Below the pieces are notes generated by a model that saw only the letters and a list, made by a program, of their open reading frames with translations, was not told the origin of the DNA and did no database searches. DNA of 64,000 nt, taken from contig JAUCBJ010005574.1 of the NCBI GenBank assembly GCA_032718475.1, positions 1 through 64,000 of the forward strand, read 5' to 3'. The translations under genes were made by a program, and so were the position numbers. Below, in pieces: positions 62,250-64,000 of this stretch (position 1 is the first letter of the stretch; each line of letters begins with the position of its first letter). Source of the DNA: Nemertoderma westbladi. Its lineage: Eukaryota > Animalia > Xenacoelomorpha.

Positions 62250-62867
62250 TGTGGGGCGAGACACGTAGTCGGCGAGCCTTGGCATACGGTTCATATAGGG
62301 CAAATGGGGCATGTCCGTCTGTCTGTCCGTCCGTCTGTCTGGTAAATGTTTGAACGCGAATTTCTCGGCATCGCTCATTCGGAATTGAACCAAACTTAGT
62401 AGGTAAGTAGTAGAGAGAAAGTTTAGAAAGTTTGTAAAGTTTGGTGAAAAATCATGCAGTCTGACGTCAGCTACGACAGATTATGTGGTTTTTAGAAAAT
62501 GTTAAATTTCTCGAGAAGGCCTCATTTTCCTGAGCTGAAATTTTGGTGGCCTGTAGAGAATCATGAAGTCTATCTTTTACGAAATTGAAAAGTTAAGACA
62601 TTTAATTGGGGATCCGCTAGAGACTCAGAAGTAATGACATAGGCCTACCGGTACGGTACTGCTGTACAGTGCTGCACTGGTAAGTACGAAATTGCAGAAT
62701 AACAATTTGACACCACCTAGCGGATTAACATATGATTGTATATCGAATGAATACATTTATAGCATGGGATATTGGGTCCAAACTAGACATGCCCCATTTG
62801 CTCTATATGAACCGTATGCCAAGGCTTGCCGACTACGTGCTGCGCGAAGTCCCCACGAACGTGTTTC
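62250..62867 (+). mobile_element. HINE-like element, third member, with 55-bp subterminal inverted repeats
   Basis: 62262-62316 is the inverse of 62787-62840. (GTCT/GTCC)n microsatellite. 3' GCGCGAAGTCCCCACGAACGTG. Confidence 0.7.
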
Positions 62868-64000
62868 TGTGAATATTCTACCTGATAACTTAACTGGTTA
62901 GGTCGAGTTAGTATGTGCACATAATTAATGATTTTAAGTAGGATAAACGGGATGAATATGTGAATATTTTATGATCGTAAATCCGAAGATGAAAGCATAT
63001 TGACATACTTTCATACATACAACATTGTATACGCTATGGTACGCCTAATCTAGGGGTTTAGTTGGCGCCCACGGGGAAACAGTCATACACGATTCAGTTA
63101 GCTAGCCCACTAATACGAAGCACTAAATAACTTTATACAGTATTTATTTACAAAGACCTGGTCTGGTCAGGTCATACATCCTACAGTATGCCAAGAAGGC
63201 ATACAGTTGTTTACAGTACTAGGCCTTTCGTCTTTGATATAAACATAAAGAAATAACATTTACATCTTTTTTAAAAAAAAGTTAGCAGTTTTCATCCTTA
63301 TGACTTGAGTGTACAGTACTGAGCGAGACCAGTAGTATTATTCCTTATCAGTTCTTAACTACACTACACAATACAGTACACATAATGTTGCCTAAATGTT
63401 GTACTTTCAAAGATCTGTATGTTTGTACTTTCAAAGCATTATGTTGACATGATTTTTACATAAAAAATTATGTTGTTCCAATGAAAGCATAAGATTTATA
63501 TTATCACAGCGACATTTGTATTGGTTGTCACTGCGCTGCTATAATGCAGCTATTCTCGATTGACACCTGCGATTGTGTTTTCCGGTTTCTTTGTTATTTC
63601 ATTTATAATGTTTTCAATATAATTTATATCCTCCAATATTTATTAATATTTCTAATTTAATTAAAAATACATAAAAATTTTGTTATGTTTTTAATAGTTT
63701 AGTTAAATATAAAATTGTGATCTAGCTTTAAATATACATAGATATACGATATACGACAGAATTGGGTCGAACCATGGACGGAACCATATACGATCCCTAT
63801 AAGTGAATGGACTTTAGATGACATACAAGACCAGCCCAGCAAGCTTCATACGGCGTCTCTACAGGGTGATGCTGGGTATTGGCAATGAGATGTTGCCATA
63901 GTTGTCTAACACATCATTGCTTATGTGTGCATTATAAGCAATGTTATGCAATTTGTTGTAGATCTTGACGTATAACTGAAGTATGGTACTTGTATTTGCT

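Overview
AT-rich eukaryotic DNA, most likely from an invertebrate animal. It is dominated by nested and decayed transposable elements: CR1/L2-group and RTE LINEs, a Gypsy LTR remnant, an AcademX-type DNA transposon inside an older Kolobok-like element, HINE/Helentron-like elements, MITEs and a SINE fragment. It also carries 32-bp and 40-bp satellites and a 460-bp (GTC)n tract. Two things stand out. (1) Two intact, intronless paralogues (38801-40273 and 52183-53649, minus strand) encode a hydrophobic N-terminal signal, two tandem PRDM-type PR/SET domains, no zinc fingers, and a C-terminal HTEL (KDEL-like) motif. They are candidate ER-lumenal protein methyltransferases, and synonymous-biased divergence suggests purifying selection. 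(2) An intact endonuclease-less LINE reverse transcriptase ORF lies tail-to-tail, with no LINE tail between, against a long ORF pair encoding a Cys-rich domain, a Ulp1/SENP-like protease, a coiled coil and an ORF1-like RRM. All family assignments come from motif recognition by eye; no database search was run.
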